From Candidatus Campbellbacteria bacterium RIFOXYC2_FULL_35_25 (GTDB taxonomy: Bacteria; Patescibacteriota; Minisyncoccia; Phycocordibacterales; UBA12079), in contig MFAE01000005.1 in NCBI GenBank assembly GCA_001774495.1, positions 26,583-90,582 on the forward strand: 64,000 bases of DNA, in the 5' to 3' direction. Each line of letters opens with the position of its first letter. The stretch's first letter is position 1. Below are positions 45,727 through 55,892 of the stretch, piece by piece. Under the pieces are notes generated by a model, which saw only the letters and a program-made list of their open reading frames with translations, did not search any database and had not been told where the DNA came from. The position numbers were made by a program, and so were the translations under genes.

Positions 45727-45845
45727 AGAAAATTTTTACGAAAATTTTAGTATTAAGTAATAAGTAGTAAGTATTAAGTATAAATGAAAAAGTTAAAAGT
45801 TGAAAGTTTATAATTTCTAGCGAGGACGAAAGGGAGGTATAGTCC

Positions 45846-46100
45846 ATGAAAAAAATTGATCGTGAGGCAATTATAATTATTTTTGTTGTTCTCTTGGTAT
45901 GCAGTCTTTTTAGAAGCACGCGTACCATACACTCTCTCGAGGAGAATCTATCCTCGATCGAAACTGCTGTGATGAGAGAGTGTGACTTCTCTAATGAGGA
46001 ATGCATCACCTGCAAACCAAAAGGGATTGTCGCCGTAAAACATCATCTCGACGGAAGTAATGAATTTATTTGGGGCAAGGATAAAGTTTCTAGAATCTAG
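45846..46100 (+). CDS. hypothetical protein
   Basis: 84-aa ORF with SD GGGAGG; moderately GC-rich. Confidence 0.3.
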   Translation: MKKIDREAIIIIFVVLLVCSLFRSTRTIHSLEENLSSIETAVMRECDFSNEECITCKPKGIVAVKHHLDGSNEFIWGKDKVSRI

Positions 46101-46263
46101 GCCTCCGACGAAATTCAAACTCCTTTGGAAAGTGAGCCGATTGATACATCGGTATACTAACCAGAATACACCTAGCCTAGGGGGCCTCGGAACTTGTTTG
46201 TTCCGTGGCCTCTTTTTTTGTTTGTTAAAAAGTCACAAGCCTAGCTTGTGACTTTTTAAAGAT

Positions 46264-46289
46264 TTGTTACGTAGCATGCTACGTAACAA
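46264..46289. repeat. 26-bp perfect palindrome ttgttacgtagcatgctacgtaacaa inside a 500-bp hairpin-rich intergenic region (46100-46595)
   Basis: self-complementary; neighbours: hairpins 46230-46254, 46430-46462, 46488-46530 and GC-rich CCGTCGTTTCGCTTCGCTCC module also seen at tRNA loci. Confidence 0.8.
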
Positions 46290-46594
46290 GGTTCTGAATT
46301 GCTTCGAAATTACTCCCCGAGGCCTCACCTCTCCCGTCGTTTCGCTTCGCTCCACTTCTCCTCGAGGACTTAAAATTTTTTAGGAAAAGTTTTAAGCAAC
46401 GACGGGCCTCCGTCCGTAATTTCTCGCAAAGACGACGAAAGGCAGAGCCTTTCGTCGTCTTTTAAAAATTAATTTATTAAAAATTTTTAAACCCCCACCC
46501 CTTTCTTTTCCAAAACAAAGGTGTGGGGGTTTAAAAATTAAAAATTAAAAATTTCAGATGTTTTTTCTACTCACTACTCACTACCAACTACTCA

Positions 46595-47527
46595 CTATTC
46601 CTGTGCAACTTTTTCTATACTAGCAGAAACTAATTTTCCCACGTCTTTGAAACGGCCTTCTCGGGAAGAACCTAAAACAGAAACAATGATAGGATGACCT
46701 ATGCCAATATCAAAAGCGATAACTAAATTTCCTCCAGCCAAATCTGTAAAGCCGGTTTTAGAAGCAATTATTCCGGGGATGGCTTCCGCGTATTGATTGG
46801 TATTGTAAACAGTATGAGTAAAATCTTTTGATTTTATTTCCAAACTCGAATATTTTGTAGCCTCAAGAATCTGCGGTTTCTCTTTTATGATCTGCCCCAT
46901 TAGCATAGCCACATCTTTTGCCGAACCATAGGCCCCACCAACATCCTGACTTACATCTAACCCAGATTCGTTTAAAAAATAAGTTTGGATTAATCCTAAA
47001 TTTTGAGCTTTTTGGTTCATTTCTTTAATAAACATTTCTTCCTGTGTTTGTCCCTCTCCTGTATTAATAGAACCTATGATAGAGGCAAGGGCGTGCGCTC
47101 CATCATTAGATGAAGATACTAAAGTAAAGTCCAAAACATCAGCGAGTCTCCATTTTTCACCCATCAAGAAACCACTATCCCCTTCTTCGTTGATGTCCTG
47201 ACTGTCTATGGTAACAATGATTCCTTCTGGAACTAATTCTGAAACAACTAGTGCTGTCATTAACTTTGTTAAAGATGCCAAAGGTAACTGAGCTTCCCCA
47301 TTCATTGAATAAATTATTTTATTTTCGTAAGTGTCCCAAACGAAAGCTGATTTTGCTTCCAAAACCAAGTCTTCAAATGGATCTATTTTTTCTTCCGCAA
47401 TATTGACCTCTGATTCAATTATTATTTCTTCTTTTTTACTTAAAAAATAAAAAAGAAAAACGCCCACCAAAACGACAGTGGTTGTTATTAGAACAATAAT
47501 TTTATTTTTATTTTTTGCGAAATTCAC
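46595..47527 (-). CDS. D-alanyl-D-alanine carboxypeptidase (S11, PBP5-like)
   Basis: 310 aa, SLTK, SSN, KTGFT motifs, N-terminal TM. Confidence 0.8.
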   Translation of the reverse strand: MNFAKNKNKIIVLITTTVVLVGVFLFYFLSKKEEIIIESEVNIAEEKIDPFEDLVLEAKSAFVWDTYENKIIYSMNGEAQLPLASLTKLMTALVVSELVPEGIIVTIDSQDINEEGDSGFLMGEKWRLADVLDFTLVSSSNDGAHALASIIGSINTGEGQTQEEMFIKEMNQKAQNLGLIQTYFLNESGLDVSQDVGGAYGSAKDVAMLMGQIIKEKPQILEATKYSSLEIKSKDFTHTVYNTNQYAEAIPGIIASKTGFTDLAGGNLVIAFDIGIGHPIIVSVLGSSREGRFKDVGKLVSASIEKVAQE

Positions 47528-47557
47528 TTATACCAAAATACCACAAATAAGCCGAAT

Positions 47558-48109
47558 TTAAAAGCTTTCAAAGCCTTTTTGTTGTGCTTGGATTTGATTA
47601 TCTTCAATTTCTTTTTGAGTTTGTTCATATTCAGGTAATTCTTTCAGTTCAGAAATCCCCAGATAGGACAATAATTCAAATGTTGGTAAGTAAAAAAAAC
47701 TTCTTTGATTATTTTCATCGGTTTTTCTTTCAACCAATCCTCTAACCAAAAGATTTCTCAAAATAGTTGCCGAGTTAACCCCTCTAATATAATCAATCTC
47801 TGATTTCCTCACAGGCCCGCGATACAGAACAATAGAGAGAGTTTCCAAACTGGCTTTACCTAAATCTTTTGATAATTCTTCCTTCTTTAATGACTCAATA
47901 ATTTCGTGGGCCTCAGGACCAGTGGCAAGCATTACCTTGTCATCCTTAAAAATTAATCTTATACCCCGGTCCTCTAACTTTATTTTTAATTCTTCTAAAC
48001 TAGTTTTAATATCATCTTCTTTTACATTCAAAATGCTTGCCAATTTTTTATATGACATGGCCTCCCCTTTAAAAAATAATATCGCTTCAATTTGTTTATC
48101 TAGATTCAT
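47558..48109 (-). CDS. scpB: segregation and condensation protein B
   Basis: 183 aa, tandem wHTH ScpB motifs. Confidence 0.85.
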   Translation of the reverse strand: MNLDKQIEAILFFKGEAMSYKKLASILNVKEDDIKTSLEELKIKLEDRGIRLIFKDDKVMLATGPEAHEIIESLKKEELSKDLGKASLETLSIVLYRGPVRKSEIDYIRGVNSATILRNLLVRGLVERKTDENNQRSFFYLPTFELLSYLGISELKELPEYEQTQKEIEDNQIQAQQKGFESF

Positions 48110-48217
48110 AATATTTTAGTCGATAGTTTATAGACTATAGTTTATAGTATAAAATTATATTATTAAAGTATAAATTATCTAAATTCTATAGACTATCAAC
48201 TAAAAACTATAGACTGT

Positions 48218-48967
48218 CTAATTATAACTTGGGACACTTACTTCTTGGTTTTCAATACTTATATCATCAAAATTAGTGGTTTGTTTAACCATAATAATTC
48301 CCTGTTTTACTAATTCCAACAACGCCAAAAAACTTATAACAACATTTACCTTCTCTGTTTTTCCTTTCTGAGAAAAATCATTGAAACTCATCTTTATGTT
48401 TTCCCGAACTCTTTTTGTAAGACTATCTATCATCTCCTCTAAACTAATAACAGTCTTTACGACTTTTTTAGGAACAATTTCTACTTTTGGAAGATTATTT
48501 AAAACATCCTTCATCAATAAAAAAATATTTTTTGTTGTAATCTTTTTATCGGGAGAAAAGATTGGCTCTATATTTCTAAACTCGGATTTTGCAAAAAAGA
48601 TTTCCTTTCCAAATTTATCATTTATATAAATACTCAACTCTTTTGTTCTTTTATAAATTTTTAATCTCTTTCCTAAATCATCAATACTATGTTCTTCTTC
48701 TAGGGTTAGGTTCAAAGTTGGCAAAAGAGATTTAGATTTTATCAACATTAAAATAGAAGCGACTAAAACAAAGTCTGCGGAATTTTTAATTTTTGACAAT
48801 GAAGAAAAACTAGTAAAATTTTGATCATTTCTAATATAAGCGATATAATCGTCTGTTATTTCAGCCAAAGAAACATCGTTTATATGAAGTTTTCTTTTTT
48901 CAATTAAATTTAAGAGTAGATCAAGAGGGCCTTCAAAAATCTCTGTTTTTACTTTGTAATCTTCCAT
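48218..48967 (-). CDS. scpA: segregation and condensation protein A (start at Met13 of ORF-track model)
   Basis: FEGPLDLLLNLIEKRKL..ITDDYIAYI ScpA N-terminal motif; leader ACTTGATACTTACTACTTTATACTTATTCAC before ATG. Confidence 0.85.
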   Translation of the reverse strand: MEDYKVKTEIFEGPLDLLLNLIEKRKLHINDVSLAEITDDYIAYIRNDQNFTSFSSLSKIKNSADFVLVASILMLIKSKSLLPTLNLTLEEEHSIDDLGKRLKIYKRTKELSIYINDKFGKEIFFAKSEFRNIEPIFSPDKKITTKNIFLLMKDVLNNLPKVEIVPKKVVKTVISLEEMIDSLTKRVRENIKMSFNDFSQKGKTEKVNVVISFLALLELVKQGIIMVKQTTNFDDISIENQEVSVPSYN

Positions 48968-49027
48968 GTGAATAAGTATAAAGTAGTAAGTATCAAGTAT
49001 CAAGTTTGAAACTTTTAATTAGTATTT

Positions 49028-49058
49028 TAAAAAAACAAACCCGCGCCAGAGACGCGGG
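49028..49058 (-). terminator. hairpin cccgcg ccagaga cgcggg followed by U-run on minus
   Basis: downstream of 49079..49414. Confidence 0.65.
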
Positions 49059-49078
49059 TATGTGCAAAAGATTCATTA

Positions 49079-49414
49079 CTACTGATTTCTGCACTGAGGG
49101 CAAAGGGTTTCAAAATAATTTTTCTCTACCCCTTTCTGGATACTTTCAATTGTTAGCGGGGAGCTATGCCAAGGCCCGCCCGACTGAGAGACCACGAGTT
49201 TGTGCTTCACACAAACCTTACGAAACGGTTTTTTACATTTATCGCATCCTACGATTCTTAACAAAAAACCGTGAGATTGAGGGTCCGCACAAACCGACTT
49301 ACCAGGCTTCCACTTCCCTTTGTAATAAACCCTTTGATGCTTTTGGCATGCTGGAATTTCAAGAAATTGAGACATAGGTCTTCCTCCCATGAAAGTAATA
49401 AACAAAAATAACAA
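49079..49414 (-). CDS. hypothetical Cys-rich zinc-ribbon-like protein, GC-rich islet
   Basis: 111 aa (or 98 aa from MSQFLEIPACQKH...), CDKCKK...CPQCRNQ. Confidence 0.45.
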   Translation of the reverse strand: MLFLFITFMGGRPMSQFLEIPACQKHQRVYYKGKWKPGKSVCADPQSHGFLLRIVGCDKCKKPFRKVCVKHKLVVSQSGGPWHSSPLTIESIQKGVEKNYFETLCPQCRNQ

Positions 49415-49472
49415 TTCTGTCTAAAATAATAAACTAAAACAGTCAAAAAGTCAATACTGACTGTCCCACCTG

Positions 49473-49664
49473 CTAACGAGTGAATACACTAACTAGGGAA
49501 ATAGCAAAACTAAAAAACCCAGTAATTAGAGCAATGAGGGTGGCTCTATCGCTATACCATTTATAATTAGCGGAGATGTCTGAATTTTGTACTAAATTTG
49601 GAACAGCCCCTTGAACAGCTGGGTTCTGTTGATTCTGCGCTGATTTGTTTTTATTATCTTCCAT
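49473..49664 (-). CDS. hypothetical small membrane protein
   Basis: 63 aa, Gln/Asn-rich N-terminus, one TM. Confidence 0.35.
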   Translation of the reverse strand: MEDNKNKSAQNQQNPAVQGAVPNLVQNSDISANYKWYSDRATLIALITGFFSFAISLVSVFTR

Positions 49665-49725
49665 ACGTTAAATATTATATCATTACAAAAAAATATCTAA
49701 AAAATTATTGTGTATAATGCCTAAG

Positions 49726-51558
49726 CTACTCACTTTTCATCATTTTTAAGAAAATATCTTGTGAAATATTAACCTTTCCTCGGTCTTTCATCTTCTTTTT
49801 TCCTTTCTTTTGCTTTTCTCTTAATTTCATCTTTCTCGTAATATCTCCCCCGTACATATGAGCGGTTACGTCTTTTTTCATGGCAGAAATTTTCTTTGAT
49901 GCCAGAATTCTCCCCATGGCTTTAACTTGTACTTTCATGACGAACATTTGACGAGGTAAGATTTTATATAATTTTTCAACAATTTTGTCTGCTTCTTCTT
50001 GGGCTCTTCTCCTGGAAACTACTCTTGAGAAAGCTGTGATGACTTCATCAGCGACAAGGATATCTAAACGAACGACATCAGAATCCCTATGGTCGTTCAT
50101 CTTATACGACAAAGAAGCAAAACCAGAGGAAAGACTTTTTATTTCATCAAAAAAGTTCCTCATTAATTCTCTTAAAGGCATGAGAATATCAATGGAGATT
50201 CGATTGTTTCCGAAATCTTTTGAGTCACCTATTTCGGCCTCGTGGTCAAAAAATGTTTTCATCAAAGCTCCCATATACTCTGAAGGAGTTATTATATTAA
50301 CGTTAGCCCATGGCTCTATAATTCTGGCGACCGTTCCATCATCGGGAAATAGTGATGGAGAATAAATTGTTTCCTTTTTTCCATTTTTATATTCAACCTC
50401 GTAAGTGATACTTGGATGGGTAATGACAAGATCCAAATCAAACTCTCTTTTTAATCTTTCAGTAATAATTTCTAGGTGGAGCATCCCCAAAAAACCACAA
50501 CGGAACCCTCTTCCTAGTGAATTGGATTTTTCTTCCTCATAGGAAAAAGATGAATCGGTTAGCTTTAATCTATCAAGCGATTGTTTTAACAAATCAAATT
50601 CATCAGAATCTTCAGGGAAAATTGAAGCCCAAACTACTGGCTCTGGTGTCATATAACCGCTCAAAGATTCCAACGGTTTTCGGCTCAATGTAATGGTATC
50701 CCCCACAGAAGCTACTCCTGGCTTTTTTATTCCGGTAACAATATAACCGATTTCACCAGCCCCTAAAAATTCTTTGGGCTTTTCATCAGGACAAAAAATA
50801 CCCACTTCAAGAGAATTAAATTTTTCTCCGATAGCTTTAAAAATTAAGTTTTCATTCTTGGAAACCTTTCCGTCCAGCACTCTCACATACACGATAATCC
50901 CTCGATGTGTTGAGTATTTAAAATCAAAAACAAGCGCCCGGAAACTATCCGTTTCTTCTAAAATTTCTTTGGGCGAAGGAATTTTTTCTATGATTGATTT
51001 TAAAATTTCTTCAACCCCTTCCCCTGTTTTTCCCGAGGCCTCGATGATGTCATCTTCATCACAATCGACAAGACGACTTAATTCTTTTTTTACTTCATCT
51101 ATACGAGCCAAAGGAGAATCAACTTTACTCAAAACAGGGATGATAACCATCCCTATTTTTTTTGCCATCTCTAATGTTGTTAGTGTTTGAGCCTGGACCC
51201 CCTGAGTAGCGTCAACTAGCAAAATAGACCCCTCAACGGCCCTTAAAGCCCTAGAAACCTCGTAGGAGAAGTCTATATGTCCAGGGGTGTCTATCAAGTT
51301 AAGAATATATTTTTTGCCACCCATTTCATAATCCATTCGGGCTGGTTGCATTTTTATGGTAATTCCCCGTTCCCTTTCAAGTTCCATACTATCCAAAAAC
51401 TGCTCCTTCATTTTTCTTTTTTCGACAGTATTAGTAACCTCGAGCATTCTGTCAGCAAGTGTGCTTTTTCCATGGTCAATGTGGGCTATAATTGAAAAAT
51501 TTCTTATATTAGATAAATCCATAGACATCAGTATAAGGTAGCAAGTAGCTAGTAGCAA
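49726..51558 (-). CDS. lepA: elongation factor 4 (LepA); true start probably internal (MSMDLSN...)
   Basis: IIAHIDHGKSTLADRM G1, DTPGHIDF, LepA C-terminal domain. Confidence 0.95.
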   Translation of the reverse strand: MLLATCYLILMSMDLSNIRNFSIIAHIDHGKSTLADRMLEVTNTVEKRKMKEQFLDSMELERERGITIKMQPARMDYEMGGKKYILNLIDTPGHIDFSYEVSRALRAVEGSILLVDATQGVQAQTLTTLEMAKKIGMVIIPVLSKVDSPLARIDEVKKELSRLVDCDEDDIIEASGKTGEGVEEILKSIIEKIPSPKEILEETDSFRALVFDFKYSTHRGIIVYVRVLDGKVSKNENLIFKAIGEKFNSLEVGIFCPDEKPKEFLGAGEIGYIVTGIKKPGVASVGDTITLSRKPLESLSGYMTPEPVVWASIFPEDSDEFDLLKQSLDRLKLTDSSFSYEEEKSNSLGRGFRCGFLGMLHLEIITERLKREFDLDLVITHPSITYEVEYKNGKKETIYSPSLFPDDGTVARIIEPWANVNIITPSEYMGALMKTFFDHEAEIGDSKDFGNNRISIDILMPLRELMRNFFDEIKSLSSGFASLSYKMNDHRDSDVVRLDILVADEVITAFSRVVSRRRAQEEADKIVEKLYKILPRQMFVMKVQVKAMGRILASKKISAMKKDVTAHMYGGDITRKMKLREKQKKGKKKMKDRGKVNISQDIFLKMMKSE

Positions 51559-51586
51559 GTAGCAACTGAAAATTTTTTCGAAGTTT

Positions 51587-52858
51587 CTATCTCACCAAAA
51601 GTTCGTCAGCTTTTTCCGGGTGAGCCATTACCTCTTCAACCACAAATTCCATTCTTGTGGCCCAACGAGAACCTTTTACCAAAATGAGGTCTTTTTCTTT
51701 TATTAAATTTTGTAAAAAGGCGCCGGCTTTCTGAGAATCATCAAATTCAAAAATGTTCTTCTTGTTCATCCCTGACTTATGAGCTCCTTCCGCAATATCT
51801 TTGGCACGCAAACCAACAACTAAAAGAATGTCACAGATCCCCGCTACAATTTTCCCGGCCTTTTTATGTTCTTCTGTAGCGTATTCTCCTAATTCCATCA
51901 TATCTCCCAAGACAGCTATTTTTCTTTCAGCCTCTACCTCTCCTAACATTTTCAACGCCCATTCTACAGCTAAAGGAGAAGAATTGTACGAATCATCTAT
52001 AATAATAGAATTTTTTATACCTTCGATTAATTTCATTCTTCCTGGTTGAGCTAAATGATCTTCGGATAAAGCCTGGGACATAGAAACAAGATTAAGGCCC
52101 TGCGAGATTCCCACAGCGATTGCAGCTAGTGCTGGATAAATATGTTGAACCCCAATAACCCCTGTCATATTTACAGGAACACTAGTTCCCTTGCTGTTCG
52201 CCTTAAAGACCATCCCAGTAACTTTCCCTTCTTTATAAGAAAATTGATTATTTGAACCCCAAATATCAGCCTCATCATTTTCTAATCCATACGTAATAGT
52301 TTTCTGATCATTTTCTTCTTTTATTTTTAAAACATCCTTATCGTCATAATTAAGAATGATATAACCATCTTCTTTTAAATATCTAACTAATTTCTTTTTT
52401 TCTTGGATGACGGCATCTGGGGAATCAAAGTATTCAACATGAACCGGAATTTCTGCAAAACGAGTAATAACAGCGATGTCTGGCTTTAGCCATTTTGCTA
52501 TATCCTCAATATCATTGGGATGGTCTGCCCCCACTTCTAACACAAGCCATTTTGGATAATGGTTTTTAAAAAGAATTAGTGCCAATCCTTCAAAAATATT
52601 TTTTAACCAAATAAAAATGTTGTTTCCTCCGTTGGGACAACCCAAAATACTCAGAGGAACACCAATTTCACTATTAAAACTTTTCTCACTTTTTCTAACA
52701 AAGAAAGCTGAACTTAGAACAGTAAAAATAGCATCTTTGGCAGTAGTTTTCCCTACACTACCTGTTATCGCCACAATTTTAGGTTTATATTTTTTCAAAA
52801 CAATTTTCGCCTCCAGTTGGATTATAAAAACTATTATTTTTTTAAAGGTTGATTTCAT
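51587..52858 (-). CDS. murF: UDP-MurNAc-tripeptide--D-Ala-D-Ala ligase MurF (Mur ligase family)
   Basis: 423 aa, ITGSVGKTT P-loop, Mur ligase middle/C domains; dcw context. Confidence 0.8.
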   Translation of the reverse strand: MKSTFKKIIVFIIQLEAKIVLKKYKPKIVAITGSVGKTTAKDAIFTVLSSAFFVRKSEKSFNSEIGVPLSILGCPNGGNNIFIWLKNIFEGLALILFKNHYPKWLVLEVGADHPNDIEDIAKWLKPDIAVITRFAEIPVHVEYFDSPDAVIQEKKKLVRYLKEDGYIILNYDDKDVLKIKEENDQKTITYGLENDEADIWGSNNQFSYKEGKVTGMVFKANSKGTSVPVNMTGVIGVQHIYPALAAIAVGISQGLNLVSMSQALSEDHLAQPGRMKLIEGIKNSIIIDDSYNSSPLAVEWALKMLGEVEAERKIAVLGDMMELGEYATEEHKKAGKIVAGICDILLVVGLRAKDIAEGAHKSGMNKKNIFEFDDSQKAGAFLQNLIKEKDLILVKGSRWATRMEFVVEEVMAHPEKADELLVR

Positions 52859-52943
52859 AATTTGGTTTTTAGTTGTTAGTTATTAGTATTCTTCAGAATT
52901 TTTTTAGCTGTAAGCTGTCGGCTGTGAGCTGTAAGCTTTTCTA

Positions 52944-54650
52944 TTACCGGTCGGGGGGTATCTCATAATAATTTATTAAAAATTTTGCTGTATTCATAAA
53001 AGGCTCGGTCAAAGTGCTAGATGCATATTTTACCTCTTTGGGGTTTATTATATAGAAAAATACTAGAAACTCTGGATTATAGGCAGGAAAATATCCAAAA
53101 AAACTATGCAGGTACTTATCATCATAATATCCTCTCCCGTCTTCTTTAGCCATTTGCGCAGTTCCTGTTTTCGCGGCAATGCTATAATGCTCCATCTTCA
53201 CGGTGCCCCCCATAAGAGCCTTGTCTACAACCTCTACCAACATTCTGGTGATTTCCTCGGAAGTGCTTTCTTTAAAAACTTGATCCCCGTCATCATACAA
53301 CAGTTCTCGTGCCAATCCAACCCTGTACTTAATCCCCTCAGTTAAATGGGGGGTAATTAACTTTCCTCCATTAGCCAGTGCTGATAAGGCCCGAACAGTT
53401 TCGACAGGAGTAAGAGCAATCCCTTGCCCGAATGATGCCGTAGCATATTCAAGATCCCTGGGGCTTTTTAAATTATTAACAAGGCCATAGGTTTCATTAG
53501 GTAAATCTATCCCGGTTTCTTCTCCTATTCCCAGTTTCAGCATATACTCCGCAAACTTTTCTTTGCCAGTTTCTTGCATTACAAAAACAACTCCTGTGTT
53601 AAGCGACTGATTCAAAACCTCCTGCATAGGAACAATACCCCTCGCTTTTCCGTCGTAGTTAGAAATCTTCGCCCCGTCAATAAGTAAAGAACCTTTGTCA
53701 TTATAAGTTGTCTCCGCAGTTACTGATTTTGTGTCCAATCCAATTGCCATAGTTAATGGTTTTATAATAGAGCCCATTTCGAAAACATTCTCTACAAAGG
53801 AATTAGAAAAAATAGAATTATCTTTTTCTTCTTGAAAGTTATTTAAATCAAAACCTGGATCAATCGCTAAGGCATAAATTTTACCCGTCTTTGGGTCAAG
53901 AACGACTCCGACAGCCGAATCTGTATTCCACTTTTCCCCAACTTTCTTTAGCTCAGATTCTAGAAATAATTGAACGGATGGTTCTATACTTAAAACTATT
54001 TCCCCCTTTTTCTTACCTTCAAGAAACCTGTCTTTTACATTAGAAAAAATTTCTGCAAAAAAATTTATGTACAAATCATTGCCTTCTCTTGTTAATAAGT
54101 CATCATAATATTTTTCAACCCCATAACGTCCATCTAAAACATTTTCATCAAAAGCAACAAAACCAAGAGTTCTAGAAGCAAGCTCTCCCCCTGGGTAAAA
54201 TCTCCATTTTTGTTTTTTTAGATCAACCCCATCAATATTCAAAGCTTCAATTTTCTTCGCAGTTTCTTCGTCTAACTTTTCGGCTAATTCTTCATACGTG
54301 TCATCCTTCTTATTGGCTTTATTGTAAAAAGCATCAACCTCTAAGTCGACAATCTCTGATAATTTTTTATAAGTATCCTTGGGGTCAACTATTAAACTAG
54401 GGTTAATTATTAAGATGAAACCAGTTTTTAACGTGGCAGCAGAAATTAGTTGCCCGTCTTTGTTTTTAAAATAAATAGACCCTCTATCAAAAACTCCTCC
54501 TTGAGGGGTAACGTAGTGCTTCTCGGCCTGGTCTCTATAATCGCTACCTTTTAGCACCTGTAAAGAATACAATTGCACCATTAAAATAAATGCTACAAAA
54601 GAAACCAGCCCATACAATATTTTTATCCTTAATACATTAAATGATGGCAT
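52944..54650 (-). CDS. ftsI: penicillin-binding protein 2 / FtsI transpeptidase
   Basis: 568 aa, N-terminal TM, dimerisation domain, SIIK, SLN, KTGTA motifs. Confidence 0.9.
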   Translation of the reverse strand: MPSFNVLRIKILYGLVSFVAFILMVQLYSLQVLKGSDYRDQAEKHYVTPQGGVFDRGSIYFKNKDGQLISAATLKTGFILIINPSLIVDPKDTYKKLSEIVDLEVDAFYNKANKKDDTYEELAEKLDEETAKKIEALNIDGVDLKKQKWRFYPGGELASRTLGFVAFDENVLDGRYGVEKYYDDLLTREGNDLYINFFAEIFSNVKDRFLEGKKKGEIVLSIEPSVQLFLESELKKVGEKWNTDSAVGVVLDPKTGKIYALAIDPGFDLNNFQEEKDNSIFSNSFVENVFEMGSIIKPLTMAIGLDTKSVTAETTYNDKGSLLIDGAKISNYDGKARGIVPMQEVLNQSLNTGVVFVMQETGKEKFAEYMLKLGIGEETGIDLPNETYGLVNNLKSPRDLEYATASFGQGIALTPVETVRALSALANGGKLITPHLTEGIKYRVGLARELLYDDGDQVFKESTSEEITRMLVEVVDKALMGGTVKMEHYSIAAKTGTAQMAKEDGRGYYDDKYLHSFFGYFPAYNPEFLVFFYIINPKEVKYASSTLTEPFMNTAKFLINYYEIPPDR

Positions 54651-54655
54651 AAAAA

Positions 54656-54982
54656 CTAATCAGCAGTTGCCATAGTTAGATTTTGACTAGACAACTTTCT
54701 TGAAGCAAACTTTGGATTTTTAACATCAACAAAACCTACTGAGTGAGCATAGTCTAAATTAATATCATTTTTTAAAGCAATATAATAAAATTCGTATTCA
54801 CTTATTTGGGAACTCAAATCAACAAGTTCTTCAACCATTCTATCTCTTTCAACGATATTAAAAACAGTTTGTTTTACAAAATACATGTAAGAAAAAACCG
54901 AGGCAAACAACACGAAAGCCATTAACCAAAAAACTTTTTTTTCTATACCCCTTATATTCATTTTTTCTGTAATTGTATCCAT
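54656..54982 (-). CDS. ftsL: FtsL-like cell division protein
   Basis: 108 aa, single TM, position between rsmH and ftsI. Confidence 0.5.
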   Translation of the reverse strand: MDTITEKMNIRGIEKKVFWLMAFVLFASVFSYMYFVKQTVFNIVERDRMVEELVDLSSQISEYEFYYIALKNDINLDYAHSVGFVDVKNPKFASRKLSSQNLTMATAD

Positions 54983-54991
54983 AATATTTTT

Positions 54992-55888
54992 TTAATTTTT
55001 TTCTATAACTCTTAATTTTGCGCTTCTTGATTTTGGGTTGTTTAAAACTTCTTCCCGGCTCGGCGTAATAGGTTTTTTTATGATAGGCATCCCTTCCCCC
55101 CCTTTCTTTTTATCTCTTATAAAATTCTTTACAATCCTATCTTCCAGACTATGAAATGAGACTACGGCCATCCTTCCTCCTTCATCCAAAGCGTCAAACC
55201 CTTTGCTCAAACCGTCTTTCAGTGACCCTAATTCATCATTCACCGTAATTCTTAATGCTTGAAATGTTTTTGTAGCAAAATGTGTTCTCCCTTTTCTATA
55301 TTTCACCGGGACCGCATCGCTTATAATTTTTATCAATTCAAAAGTAGTCTCTATCGATTTCTCCTGTCTTGCTTCAACAATTAATTTTGCGATTCTCCTG
55401 GAATATTTTTCCTCCCCATAACCGAATAAAACATCTGCAATATTATTCTCTTCCCAATCGTTAACGATATCTCTAGCCGTAAAATCTACTTTGTCTGAAT
55501 CACAGCTAAGAGTCATCACAAGTGGTTCGTCCTTTTGAAAAGAAAATCCTCTCCCAGAATTTTTTAACTGGTCTGAACTTAAACCTAAATCTAAAGTTAT
55601 TGCATTTACCTTTCTTATCTTTAATGTTTTTAAAACTTTATCTAAATTTCTAAAATTTTCGTTTATTAAATATTTTTTACATCCGCAATCTTTTAGTTTT
55701 TTTTCAACCATGGCTATCGCTTCCTTATCATGATCAAGGCCAATTACTGTTCCCTTCTTCCCTACCGCTTTACATAATTGTTCCGAATAGCTACCTCCTC
55801 CAAGAGTTCCGTCCAAAACAACCTCACCTAACTTTAGATTTAAATTTTTTATTACTTCATTTAAAAGAACTGGAATATGCTCTGTCAT
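54992..55888 (-). CDS. rsmH: 16S rRNA m4C1402 methyltransferase RsmH (MraW)
   Basis: HIPVLLNEV..DGTLGGGSYS SAM motif. Confidence 0.9.
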   Translation of the reverse strand: MTEHIPVLLNEVIKNLNLKLGEVVLDGTLGGGSYSEQLCKAVGKKGTVIGLDHDKEAIAMVEKKLKDCGCKKYLINENFRNLDKVLKTLKIRKVNAITLDLGLSSDQLKNSGRGFSFQKDEPLVMTLSCDSDKVDFTARDIVNDWEENNIADVLFGYGEEKYSRRIAKLIVEARQEKSIETTFELIKIISDAVPVKYRKGRTHFATKTFQALRITVNDELGSLKDGLSKGFDALDEGGRMAVVSFHSLEDRIVKNFIRDKKKGGEGMPIIKKPITPSREEVLNNPKSRSAKLRVIEKN

Positions 55889-55892
55889 AATT

